64,000 bases of DNA, taken from contig NIVC01000186.1 of assembly GCA_002269645.1 (NCBI GenBank), forward strand, positions 310,001-374,000. The letters run 5' to 3'. This DNA comes from Macrostomum lignano. Lineage: Eukaryota. The notes under the pieces are model-generated. The model had not been told where the DNA came from and ran no database searches. It worked only from the letters and a program-made list of their open reading frames with translations. The position numbers were made by a program, and so were the translations under genes. Numbering within the stretch: the first letter of the stretch is position 1; every line of letters begins with the position of its first letter. This document shows, piece by piece, positions 14,901 through 26,900 of the stretch.

Positions 14901-17900
14901 AGCAAGTTTAGTTTCTGTTCGTGGCCCACCCTTGCCCCGACGCTGAGACCTGCTAATGAGGGCGCAAGGTGGGCGAAGAGGGGAGAGACAGACAGGCGGG
15001 TGGACGGGCTGGCGGGGGGAGACCGATGAGGCGCGTGAGAATACTTTAACCGGAGCATCGTTTTGAGCATGCAATGTTGAGCGAAAGCTCGTTCGATCGG
15101 AATGAGAGAAGGGGAAAAAACAAGCACAAAAACTCAAAACAGTCTTTCTGGTGACAGTGATTGACGGGCCGGACTGGCGTCAACCATTCCAATCAAATCC
15201 GGGAAATTCAATCCGCGCAGCCTATCAACAATTTTCGGCAACTGATCAGAAATTTTTTTAGACAAAAAATCGATATTTTCAAGTTATCTAGTTAGTACTG
15301 AAAGTCAATATAGCTTTGCTAGTCAGCTGGGAGACAGAGAGCGAGAGCGCGAACTGAAGCTTTTGTAGCAGGACACGATCGCGTGCTCAAGGGGGAAAGG
15401 GGGCTGCGCTAACCCGAAGCTCCGAGGCCAAAACCCTGAGCTGCCCTACTGAGTCCTCCTCCTCGACCTCCGCCACCCGGAGCTCTCTTAAACTTTTCTG
15501 TGTCTCATCTTGTCGACTGCTCACCCGCCGCCCTCACCTGCCATCCCCACCCCCTGAGCCGCATCGATACAGCCTGCTCGGCTCAGCATCGGAATCGATG
15601 CATGCAAATGAGGAGCTCGTTTAGGCCGTCCGGTGCGTCAACCCCCCAAGTTATACTGGAGAGAAGACCGGAGAGAGACGCTGTGTATCGCAGATCGACT
15701 CGTATTCTGTGGCTGCTTCTTTTGCTTTTTTCTTCGTTTTCTTAGCTTCTTTTGATGTGCGAGCGACTTCTCCTCGTGCGGGCAGGGATGCTGGCGCGGT
15801 AATCACTGGGCAGGTAGTCAGCTTCAGGAGCAGAACGTCAAATTACAGACCAACCCTGCCGCTTGCATCCATTTGTTTCCCTAAGTCTAAGCAAAAGCGG
15901 ACGAGACAACCTGTCTTACCCCTGATGGTATGTTCGTATGGTTGAAACTGACGCTACAGTTGTACATTTCTTACCTATAATGTGAGACTTTCTAGAAATT
16001 AAAAAGTCCATCGCAGTGCAAATGAATTTTTCAAAACTCAAAAAGATTTGGATTGCACTAGAAAAATAAGTGCTTTCTCATCCAGACCTGACTAATGGTG
16101 CAGATGCTCTAAACTAGGACGTTTTGAAATGACTAATCTCTTGGACATTTGTCTAAGTTACTGCAGATCCAAAGCAATCAGTCCACGGTTGTGAGATAAT
16201 TAATCCATTGATACCTGTAGGTTGAGTCAGTGTGAATGTGTCTAAATACATTCATTTGGGCCTACGCGCATTGAATTTAATCCAAGATAGGTTTGCCAAT
16301 GTAACGGAGCTTTTGTCTATGGTAGCAAGGCTGCCACAGCGGCAGTTGATTTCGTCCAACAGGCATCAATTTGGTCCATAGCTTCATTTGCAACAGCTGC
16401 GGAGCAGCAAGATGCAGCCCCAGCATTGTGGACCATGTGCTAGGCTTTCGAACGAATGCCATTGGCTTGCTATCGAAGCGCTTGACAGAGGTAAACACCC
16501 AAACGACATTGAAAGTTTGCTGAATGTAAAATAAAAGATGGTTGACAGCATCCATCAGCGCGTTGAAACAACTTCCGGCAGAGATCGCCTGCGAAAGTTT
16601 GGCAATCGCCAAGGCAAGTTGGACTCGATGCAGTTGAGACGAACCCTCTGTTAAAGTTGCAGAAATTGCAGCAGAAGTTGAAGGAACAGCTCCAGTTGGT
16701 TATCAGACTTCGACTATGAGCAGAGCTCTTGAAAAGCGACTGAAAATTGCTGGTAGAGACGCTGATATTCCAGCGGTACGCAACAACCTGCAGACGGTTG
16801 CGAGAAGGCAAGAGTTTGCCGAATGGCTCACGAGCGTTCGGACCAAATTGATGCTTGTTGGACCAAATCACATGCCGCTGTGCCAGCCTTGCTACCATAG
16901 ACAAAAGCTCCTACATTGGCAAAGATCTTAGACCTCTTGGCAAAGAGCATAGATCTTATATTATAGAATATATAGAATTATACTTATAGAATATAAAATC
17001 TATGCAAACGTGTATTGGATTAAATCAAAATCGCGTAAGCCCGAATAGGGCGCAAAAAGCCATATTATAGAATAGTTCTAAACAGACTTTTTGCCTTGCT
17101 AACTGCAACACTCGTGTAGAGCATAAATGCTGCTCAGCGCCCGATAAACCTCGCATCGTTAATAAGCAAAACTCAGAAAGCCACGCAACCGCAAAACTCG
17201 AGTCAAAATGCAACATTAGCGAACGAAAAAAAGCTACAATTTGCACACTAGTCTGTAACTAATAAGTAATGCTCGAGTTCTCCGGGACCCTGAGAGACTG
17301 AGAGAGCGGACCACAGCGCAAGACGTAGGAATGTCGTTCCTGCTCGGCTTGGCCCGGAATTAAATGCAAATGAAGTGGAACACCGGGGCAGCGGCTCTCG
17401 AGCTTCTCCCTCGGTGCACGGACCGATAATTGACCGTCGCGTTTCCCTGCCTGCCGCTATCGAGGCGCTGAAGAGAGAAAATAGCTGGGAGTCTGGGGCT
17501 GCGGCAGCCAAGCCTCTCCCTCTGCCGCCCCACCAACCGTCCCGAGTTGCTGTTGCTGCATGGAAAGAAATATCCCGGAGGTGGCAACCGAGTTTGCTGC
17601 GTGCCTGGCTTGCACTTCACTGCTCTTATGCTTGCCTGGCCCACCAAATACCCGAGACCACAGGACCATGGAGCCAAATCTTGCTGACCAGTTCGAGCTA
17701 CTGACTGCTTTATTCTGTGATTGATCAGGCTGACTGGCTGGGTAGTGCCTTTTTGTTTGTCTCCTAAGAGAGAGAGAGAGAGAGCTCACTAACTCTACTT
17801 CGGACTAATTTTCTTTCCTGGACTGTAGAATTCTCTGCCTGTCTTCGTGCGTTTGTCGCAATGTTCGTCTGTCTTAGTGTCTGTCTTAGTGTCTGTCTTA

Positions 17901-20900
17901 GCGTCTGTCTTAGTGTCTGTCTTAGCGTCTGTCTTAGCGTCTGTCTTAGTGTCTGTCTTAGCGTCTGTCTTAGTGTCTGTCTTAGCGTCTGTCTTAGTGT
18001 CTGTCTTAGTGTCTGTCTTAGCGTCTGTCTTAGTGTCTGTCTTAGCGTCTGTCTTAGTGTCTGTTTTAGCGTCTGTCTTAGTGTCTGTCTTAGCTTCTGT
18101 CTTAGTGTCTGTCTTAGTGTCTGTCTTAGCGTCTGTCTTAGTGTCTGTCTTAGCGTCTGTCTTAGTGTCTGTCTTAGTGTCTGTCTTAGCGTCTGTCTTA
18201 GTGTCTGTCTTAGCGTCTGTCTTAGTGTCTGTTTTAGCGTCTGTCTTAGTGTCTGTCTTAGCTTCTGTCTTAGTGTCTGTCTTAACGTCTGTCTTAGTGT
18301 CTGTCTTTCTGTCTTAGTGTTTGTCCTAGTGTCTGTCTGTCTGTCTTAGTGTCTGTCTTAGCGTCTGTATTAGTGTCTGTCTTAGTGTCTGTCTTAGTGT
18401 CTGTCTTAGCGTCTGTCTTAGTGTCTGTCTTAGTGTCTGTCTTAGTGTCTGTCTTTCTGTCTTAGTGTCTGTCTTAGTGTCTGTCTGCCTGTCGTAGCCT
18501 CTGTCTTAGTTTCTGTCTTAGCGTCTGTCTTAGTGTCTGTCTTTCTGTCTTAGTTTCTGTCTTAGCGTCTGTCTTAGTGTCTGTCTTTCTGTCTTAGTGT
18601 CTGTCTTAGAGTCTGTCTTAGTGTCTGACCTAGTGTCTGTCTGTCTGTCTTAGCGTCTGTCTTAGAGTCTGTCTTAGTGTCTGTCCTAGTGTCTGTCTGT
18701 CTGTCTTAGCGTCTGTCTTAGTGTCTGTCTTAGCGTCTGTCTTAGCGTCTGTCTTAGTGTCTGTCTTAGCGTCTGTCTTAGCGTCTGTCTTAGCGTCTGT
18801 CTTAGCGTCTGTCTTAGCGTCTGTCTTAGCGTCTGTCTTAGCGTCTGTCTTAGCGTCTGTCTTAGCGTCTGTCTTAGCGTCTGTCTTAGCGTCTGTCTTA
18901 GCGTCTGTCTTAGCGTCTGTCTTAGCGTCTGTCTTAGTGTCTGTCTGTCTGTCTTAGTGTCTGTCTTTCTGTCTTAGTGTTTGTCCTAGTGTCTGTCTGT
19001 CTGTCTTAGTGTCTGTCTTAGCGTCTGTCTTAGTGTCTGTCTTAGTGTCTGTCTTAGTGTCTGTCTTTCTGTCTTAGTGTCTGTCTTAGTGTCTGTCTGT
19101 CTGTCGTAGCCTCTGTCTTCGTTTCTGTCTTAGCGTCTGTCTTAGTGTCTGTCTTTCTGTCTTAGTGTCTGTCTTAGAGTCTGTCTTAGTGTCTGTCCTA
19201 GTGTCTGTCTGTCTGTCTTAGCGTCTGTCTTAGTGTCTGTCTTTCTGTCTTAGTGTCTGTCTTAGTGTCTGTCTGTCTGTCGTAGCCTCTGTCTTAGTTT
19301 CTGTCTTAGCGTCTGTCTTAGTGTCTGTCTTTCTGTCTTAGTGTCTGTCTTAGAGTCTGTCTTAGTGTCTGTCCTAGTGTCTGTCTGTCTGTCTTAGCGT
19401 CTGTCTTAGTGTCTGTCTTAGCGTCTGTCTTAGTGTCTGTCTTAGCGTCTGTCTTAGAGTCTGTCTTAGCGTCTGTCCTAGTGTCTGTCTGTCTGTCTTA
19501 GCGTCTGTCTTAGTGTCTGTCTTAGCGTCTGTCTTAGTGTCTGTCTTAGCGTCTGTCTTAGAGTCTGTCTTAGCGTCTGTCTTAGTGTCTGTTTTAGCGT
19601 CGGTCTTAGTGTCTGTCTGTCTGTCTTAGTGTCTGTCTTTCTGTCTTAGTCTCTGTCTGTCTGTCTTAGTGTCTGTCTTTCTGTCTTAGTCTCTGTCCTA
19701 GTGTCTGTCTGTCTGTCTTAGCGTCTGTCTTAGTGTCTGTCTTAGCGTCTGTCTTAGTGTCTGTCTTAGCGTCTGTCTTAGTGTCTGTCTTAGCTTCTGT
19801 CTTAGAGTCTGTCTTAGCGTCTGTCCTAGTGTCTGTCTGTCTGTCTTAGCGTCTGTCTTAGTGTCTGTCTTAGCGTCTGTCTTAGTGTCTGTCTTAGCGT
19901 CTGTCTTAGAGTCTGTCTTAGCGTCTGTCTTAGTGTCTGTTTTAGCGTCTGTCTTAGTGTCTGTCTGTCTGTCTTAGTGTCTGTCTTTCTGTCTTAGTCT
20001 CTGTCTGTCTGTCTTAGTGTCTGTCTTTCTGTCTTAGTCTCTGTCCTAGTGTCTGTCTGTCTGTCTTAGCGTCTGTCTTAGTGTCTGTCTTAGCGTCTGT
20101 CTTAGTGTCTGTCTTAGCGTCTGTCTTAGTGTCTGTCTTAGTGTCAGTCTTAGTGTCTGTCTTAGTGTCTGTCTGTCTGTCTGTCTATCTATCTGTCCAT
20201 GTGTGTCTGTCTGCAGCAGCGACTGCCCAGCGGACAACTACCTGTATGTAACATTTGATTCCAGTTTCCCAATGAAGCACAGTTTCCCAAATTCTTCTTT
20301 AAAAAGTGGAAAAATCATACGCCTAGAGAGATTAAACACTGAATCAAACGGTGCTTGGAACAAGCTAGCACCCATCTCGAAATCCCAAAATCTCAAAGTT
20401 TCAAGCTTCAAGCCATCCCTAGTCAGAAAGTTTTTGTCAGAAAAACTGCTGCATCAATTCCCAGAGATTCAGACAGGCTCGAATTTCAAAAAGTGATGAA
20501 GCTGCCCGAACAGCTGCATAATGCATGCCTGCTTCAGATAGCACACGAATAGAGTGATTGGAAAGTTGAATGAGGCTGTGTGGATTTCAGGTTCCTGGTG
20601 CTCGATATACTATATCGATTTAAGTATTGCAGATTAGGCAAAAATAGACCAGTTATTCTAACGAGAACAACAAGTCCTTCTAATTTTTGTCATTTCAGAT
20701 TTGCCGCTCAACTCATCGTTGCAATTTTCGACTACAAAACTATTTTAGACGAGTAAGGCTGTTATGAATATGGACTGTTTTCTAGCTAAGTGCTTGAGCA
20801 GCTAATGTTTGTGATCGATTTTTTGGATTCTGGTTCTCTTTCCATCAAATATCTGATTGGTCACTCCCTTTGGCCTCAGTTAGCCCTTTCAGTCACTCCT

Positions 20901-23900
20901 ATCTTCAGTCACTCCCGTCTTCTATGACTCTTATCTTTAGGCAACCCGTCTTCAGTCACTCCCATCTTCAGTGGCTCCTACCTCAGTCACTCAGTGTCAC
21001 TCACCGCCACCGAATCCGCGCAGGCGCAAGCTGCCAGTGGAGCGAGTCCGGCACCACAAGAAGGGCCAGCCGCTGTGCATGGAGCAATACTACCGGCTGT
21101 TCTCCTCTTATCGCCGTCCGGGAGTCGCCAAAGACGAACAGGTGCTGAATTTGGACCGAGATCCGTTTGATCCTGAGTACGTCATTGTTGCCTGCAATGA
21201 TCAGGTGAGAGATCAGCTATAACATAAAACTGACAACATAAAACAGTTTCGTAAATTTAAGAGAAAAAACGATAACTTTAAACGATCAGGAATTGTGTTG
21301 TATAAAATATAATTCAGTACCTGGGATATCGTAACTTATCGAACTTCTGCCAGCAAAATATTCGAAATTAACTTTTTGGATTTAAAGCGCTATAGCTATG
21401 ATTCACTAACAGCAGCAATAACAGCAGCAACAACAGCAGCAATAACAGCAACAACAACAGCAACAACAACAACAGCAACAACAACAGCAACAATAACAGC
21501 AGCAATAACAGCAGCAATAACAGCAGCAACAACAGCCACAATAACAGCAGCAATAACAGCAGCAATAACAGCAGCAACAACAGCAGCAATAACAGCAGCA
21601 ACAACAGCAGCAATAACAGCAGCAATAACAGCAGCAATAACAGCAACAACAACAGCAACAACAACAGCAACAATAACAGCAGCAATAACAGCAGCAATAA
21701 CAGCAGCAATAACAGCAGCAACAACAGCAACAATAACAGCAGCAATAACAGCAGCAATAACAGCAGCAATAACAGCAGCAATAACAGCAGCAATAACAGC
21801 AGCAACAACAGCAGCAACAACAGCAGCAACAACAGCAGCAACAACAGCAACAACAACAGCAGCAACAACAGCAGCAACAACAGCAGCAACAACAGCAACA
21901 ACAGCAGTAATAACAGCAGCAACAACAGCAGCAACAACAGCAGCAACAACAGCAGCAACAACAGCAACAATAACAGCAGCAATAACAGCAGCAATAACAA
22001 CAATAACAGCAGCAATAACAGCAGCAATAACAGCAGCAATAACAGCAGCAACAACAGCAGCAACAACAGCAGCAACAACAGCAATAACAGCAGCAACAAC
22101 AGCAGCAACAACAGCAGCAACAACAGCAACAACAGCAGTAATAACAGCAGCAACAACAGCAGCAATAACAGCAGCATTTACAGCAGCAACAACAGCACAA
22201 CAGCAGCAATAACAGCAGCAACAACAGCAACAACAGCAGCAATAACAGCAGCAACAACAGCAGGCTGGAGGAAGAAGACAGAAGCGGGCATTGCGGAGTG
22301 CAAGATTCAGAATATGACCTTTGAGGACGAAGTGCCACCGCAACACCTTGGCAACCGCGTGGGAGGGATGCTATTAAGATCGATGGAGTGAGGGAAATGC
22401 TGCCGGAGGACAATTGGAGGAAAGGACTTTACAGCATCATGGAACAGGGACCGATGGACCGGATACTATACACGGAAGGATCGGTGGTAGAGGACAAAGG
22501 AGGCAGCAGTGGAGTGGTGGTGTGCCAACGACCCGGAGAGGGTCGGTAAAGTTGAGGCGACCATCCACCAAGCTGCGGGTACGCCCTGCTCATCTACGCA
22601 AGCGGAGATCTATGCGGTCATCGCTGGCCTGAACTGGCTTGATGAACACGCTGGCAAAGGAGGACGCGTCATGATCATCAGTGACAGCCAGAGCTGCCTG
22701 CAAGCTATTAAAGGCCTGAGCGAAAACCCGTTGGCTATCAGAGCAAGGAAAATACTGAGGAAGCTGGAGGAGGAAGAGATGGTGGTGAAGTTGATATGGG
22801 TGCCCGCGCACTGCGGTCTTGCAGGAAATGAACTGGCGGATGATGCGGCGAAAGTGGCGTCGGCTAGGGCCCAGGGTGGCATCAGAGTGCCAGCCAGCAG
22901 CAGCAAAAAATTCATCCAGAGCAAACTAGGCAGAGACGATGACAGATCGAACAGGAGGAGCAAGGAGACGTACGGCGAGCAGGGAGTGGCGCTCCAACCG
23001 ACGGGACTTAGTAAGGAGGAAGCGGTCGATTTCAGACGCTTCAGGAGTGGCCACTCCATGGATCTGGCGGCACACAGAAAACGGGTGGGCAAGCAAGAAG
23101 AAGGGTGGTGCACTAGGTGCGGCATGGCGGAGGAGACGATTGAACACGTTATGGACTGTCCCGTCACGCGCAGCCTGAGGGAGAAGCTGGATCTGCACGG
23201 GCTGAGAGATCTGAGCAGAAGGCCGGGTAACGCGGCTGTGTTCTGGAAGAGGTTCCGTGAGGAAGGACGTCACTAGCGGCTCGGTATCTAGGCACACACA
23301 CAACAGCAGCAATTACAGCAGCAATAACAGCAGCAACAACAGCAGCAACAACAGCAGCCATAACAACAATAACAGCAGCAACAACAGCAGCAACAACAGC
23401 AGCCATAACAACAATAACAGCAGCAACAACAGCAGCCATAACAACAATAACAGCAGCAACAACAGCAGCCATAACAACAATAACAGCAGCAATAACAGCA
23501 GCAGCAACAGCAGCAATAACAGCAGCAATAACAGCAGCAACAACAGCAACAATAACAACAATAACAGCAGCAATAACAGCAGCAATAACAGCAGCAATAA
23601 CAGCAGCAACAACAGCAACAATAACAGCAGCAATAACAGCAGCAATAACAGCAGCAATAACAACAATAACAGCAGCAACAACAGCAACAATAACAGCAGC
23701 AATAACAGCAGCAATAACAGCAGCAATAACAACAATAACAGCAGCAACAACAGCAGCAATAACAACAGCAATAACAGCAGCAACAACAGCAACAATAAAC
23801 AAGAGAGTCCACTTTATTGCTACGACACGACAATGGCGTCGCGAGCAGACGACCTGCCGCTGAACGACCCCGCAATGACGGAAGCTTGGCTACGAAGCTT

Positions 23901-26900
23901 GGCTGCTCTCAGCCGCAGCAAAAATCTCACGGACACCGCAGAAAATCGGCAGGTCACTGACCTCTTCCTAGCGAAAGCCGGCGTGAATGCAGTGCGGATC
24001 GTCAGTGTCATGGCAAAGCCTAAGGAGCTGGAGGAGATGGACTTCGCAGATATCAGAAAATTGATTATCGAAAAGACTCTCCCGAAGAAGAAGCTCGTCA
24101 TCGCTGAACGATCGAAATTCATGTCGATGCGCCAGGAGCCGACTGAGTCAGTGCAGGCCTTCGCACAGAGACTCTGGGATGCCGCCCGCTTCTGCGAGTT
24201 CGACCAGTTGAATGCGGAGGACAGCCACCAGACTGCCGAGGACGAGCTCATGCAGACGATGCTCATCAGCGGGCTGCACAACGCGCAGCACCGCAGCCGG
24301 ATTCTGGAGCACATTCAGGGCTCATTGCAGCCGGTGGCTCTCGACAGCAGCGTCGAGTTTATCCAGCAACTCGAGTTGATCCAGCAGTACGGCGGCGCGG
24401 ACAGTCATAACAGCAGCAACAACAGCAGCAATACCAGCAGCAATACCAGCAGCAAAAACAGCAGCAATAAGCAGCAATAACAACAGAAATAATAGGCATG
24501 CATCCTGTCTCGGCATTGCTACAGTCAGCAGGTAAAACATTCTTGCTTCTACGCAAGATTCAACAAAGGGTTCAGCTGCAGTGTCGGCTGCACAGTCTCA
24601 CGTACTTTTTGAGACAATTTAGAAGACAATTGAGACTATTTACTGTTTCCACAGGCCAGCTGACTGGGCCTATAGACTATTCTTCAGCGTTCACTCGAAT
24701 CAACAGAGACCAATATATTATCGTTTCATTGGAAATTACTTTTTCTTTCCAATCTCTACTCGATTGCATCTCTTTGATAGGGAATACAGGTATTTAGGCA
24801 CAACATGCACCCGCCTTTATCTGCATGCTTTTTTTGCTTATCATATAGCTCCTGTTTTGTGGCACTTTTTTGATGGGAATCGAGTACGCAAGGTCCATTG
24901 ATTAAGAGCGTATATTCTGTCAACGAGAATTATCCAGACCCTTTGTGGCTTGGAGGAAATGTAGAGACTCGCAATAAGACAAATAAGAGCAATGGAAGAT
25001 TTTAGGTAGCCACATTTGGGAAGTGTAACACTTGTGCTGGTTAATTTATGAACTACATTTGGAAAGCTAAATTGGCCCCTAAATATATATTTTACACAAT
25101 TATGGAGCGCTGCATCCTTCAACTGAAAATACGAGGGCTGTACCAAAAGTAGTTATACTTTTCACTATGGACCGTATGCAGAAAGCTCTGTCTAGGGTAG
25201 TCCGGTCTTGAAAAGCTAGTCTGGACTTGGATTTGGTATGCAGAAACACAAAGTTAGAACGGTCTACTATAGACATAACTAAGGTAGTTAGACCATAGAC
25301 TATAGACTGAACTACCCAAGTCCGGACTAGCTAGTCTGGACTAAGCTTTCTGCATACGGCCGTATATCTCTTGTTCTGCTGATCCAAATATTATAGCTTT
25401 TTGCAGCCCATTTGGGCTTACGCGCATTGGAGTTAATCCAAGATACGTTTGCCAATGTAACGGAGCTTTTGTCCATGGTAGCAAGGCTGCCACAGCGGCA
25501 TTTGATTTGATCCAACAAGCATCAATTCGGTCCATAGCTTCATTTGCAACTGCTGCGGAGGAGCAAGATCAGCCCCAGCATTGTGGACCATGTGCTGGGC
25601 TGTCGAACCATTGGCTTGTGATCGAAGCACTCGACAGAGGTGAACACCAAAAAAACATTGCGAGGCTGCAGAAAAGATGGTTTACAGCATCCATCAGCGC
25701 GTTGAAACCACTGCCGACAAGGGTCGCCTGCGAAAGGGTGGCAATCGCCAAGGTAAGTTGCTCGAGAGGCTCAGATCCAACTGCTACTCGATGCAGTTGA
25801 GACGAACCCTCTGTTGAAGTTGCACAAAATGCAGCAGAAGTTGAAGGAACAGTTCCAGTTGGTTATCAGACTTCGACTATGAGCAGAGCTCTGGAAAAGC
25901 GACTGAAAATTGTTGGAGAGACGCTGACATTCCAGCGGTACGGAACAACCTGCAGGCGGTTGCGAGAAGGCAAGAGTTTGCCGAATGGCTCACGAGTGTT
26001 TGGACCAAATGGATGCTTGTTGGACCAAATTGATGCTTGTTGGACCAAATTGATGCTTGTTGGACCAAATTGATGCTTGTTGGACCAAATTGATGCTTGT
26101 TGGACCAAATTGATGCTTGTTGGACCAAATTGATACTTGTTGGACCAAATTGATGCTTGTTGGACCAAATTAATGCTTGTTGGACCAAATTGATGCTTGT
26201 TGGACCAAATTGATGCTTGTTGGACCAAATTGATGCTTGTTGGACCAAATTGATGCTTGTTGAACCAAATTGATGCTTGTTGGACCAAATGGATGCTTGT
26301 TGGACCAAATTGATGCTTGTTTGCCCATAGCAAAGAAAACACCACAGACATACATAGCAAGATCAAAGAATGGCCCAGCGTGGACCTTATTTATAATAGG
26401 ATTTCAGCGAAGGACCGGCAGCGATTGATTCAAGCATATCAGGATGGAGAGGACTGGCAAGATTTCGGTAGGCTGTTGGGCATCTCACGAAGAACCGTGA
26501 CTTACATAGTTGGACAATTCAACGCAACCGGTCGTATAGAGCCTCTGCCTCGCGGAGATGCCAAGCGGAGGTCCCTTAACAATGCTATGATTGAGAGCAT
26601 TTGTGCCTACGTCTACCAATATAAACTCGCTGTTTATTGTTCACTGTTACAGTTTATTTCGTCACACTTCCGAATTGATTCTCGATAAAAATTCTTCTTG
26701 GCTTGCCATGGGCAAACTAGGTCGCAGTTTTGACAAAACTGATGGCAGTTTTCAAAGAGTTGTCTGTGGCTGAAACTCTGGTCATGACTGAGCAGACTTG
26801 GCCTAGACAGCAAAATTATAAGTGATATTTTTCCGCGGGCAAAATTGATTGCAGTTTTGGCAAACTAGATCGCAAAAAGGTATATTATCTTTAACATCAT

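Noticed and set aside
14880-17760. Promoter-like GC/CT-rich patches and short ORFs in ChAT intron 3 (about 15300-15950, 17250-17760)
   Set aside because: No coherent exon chain or protein motif; they could be enhancers or TE debris but cannot be supported from sequence alone.
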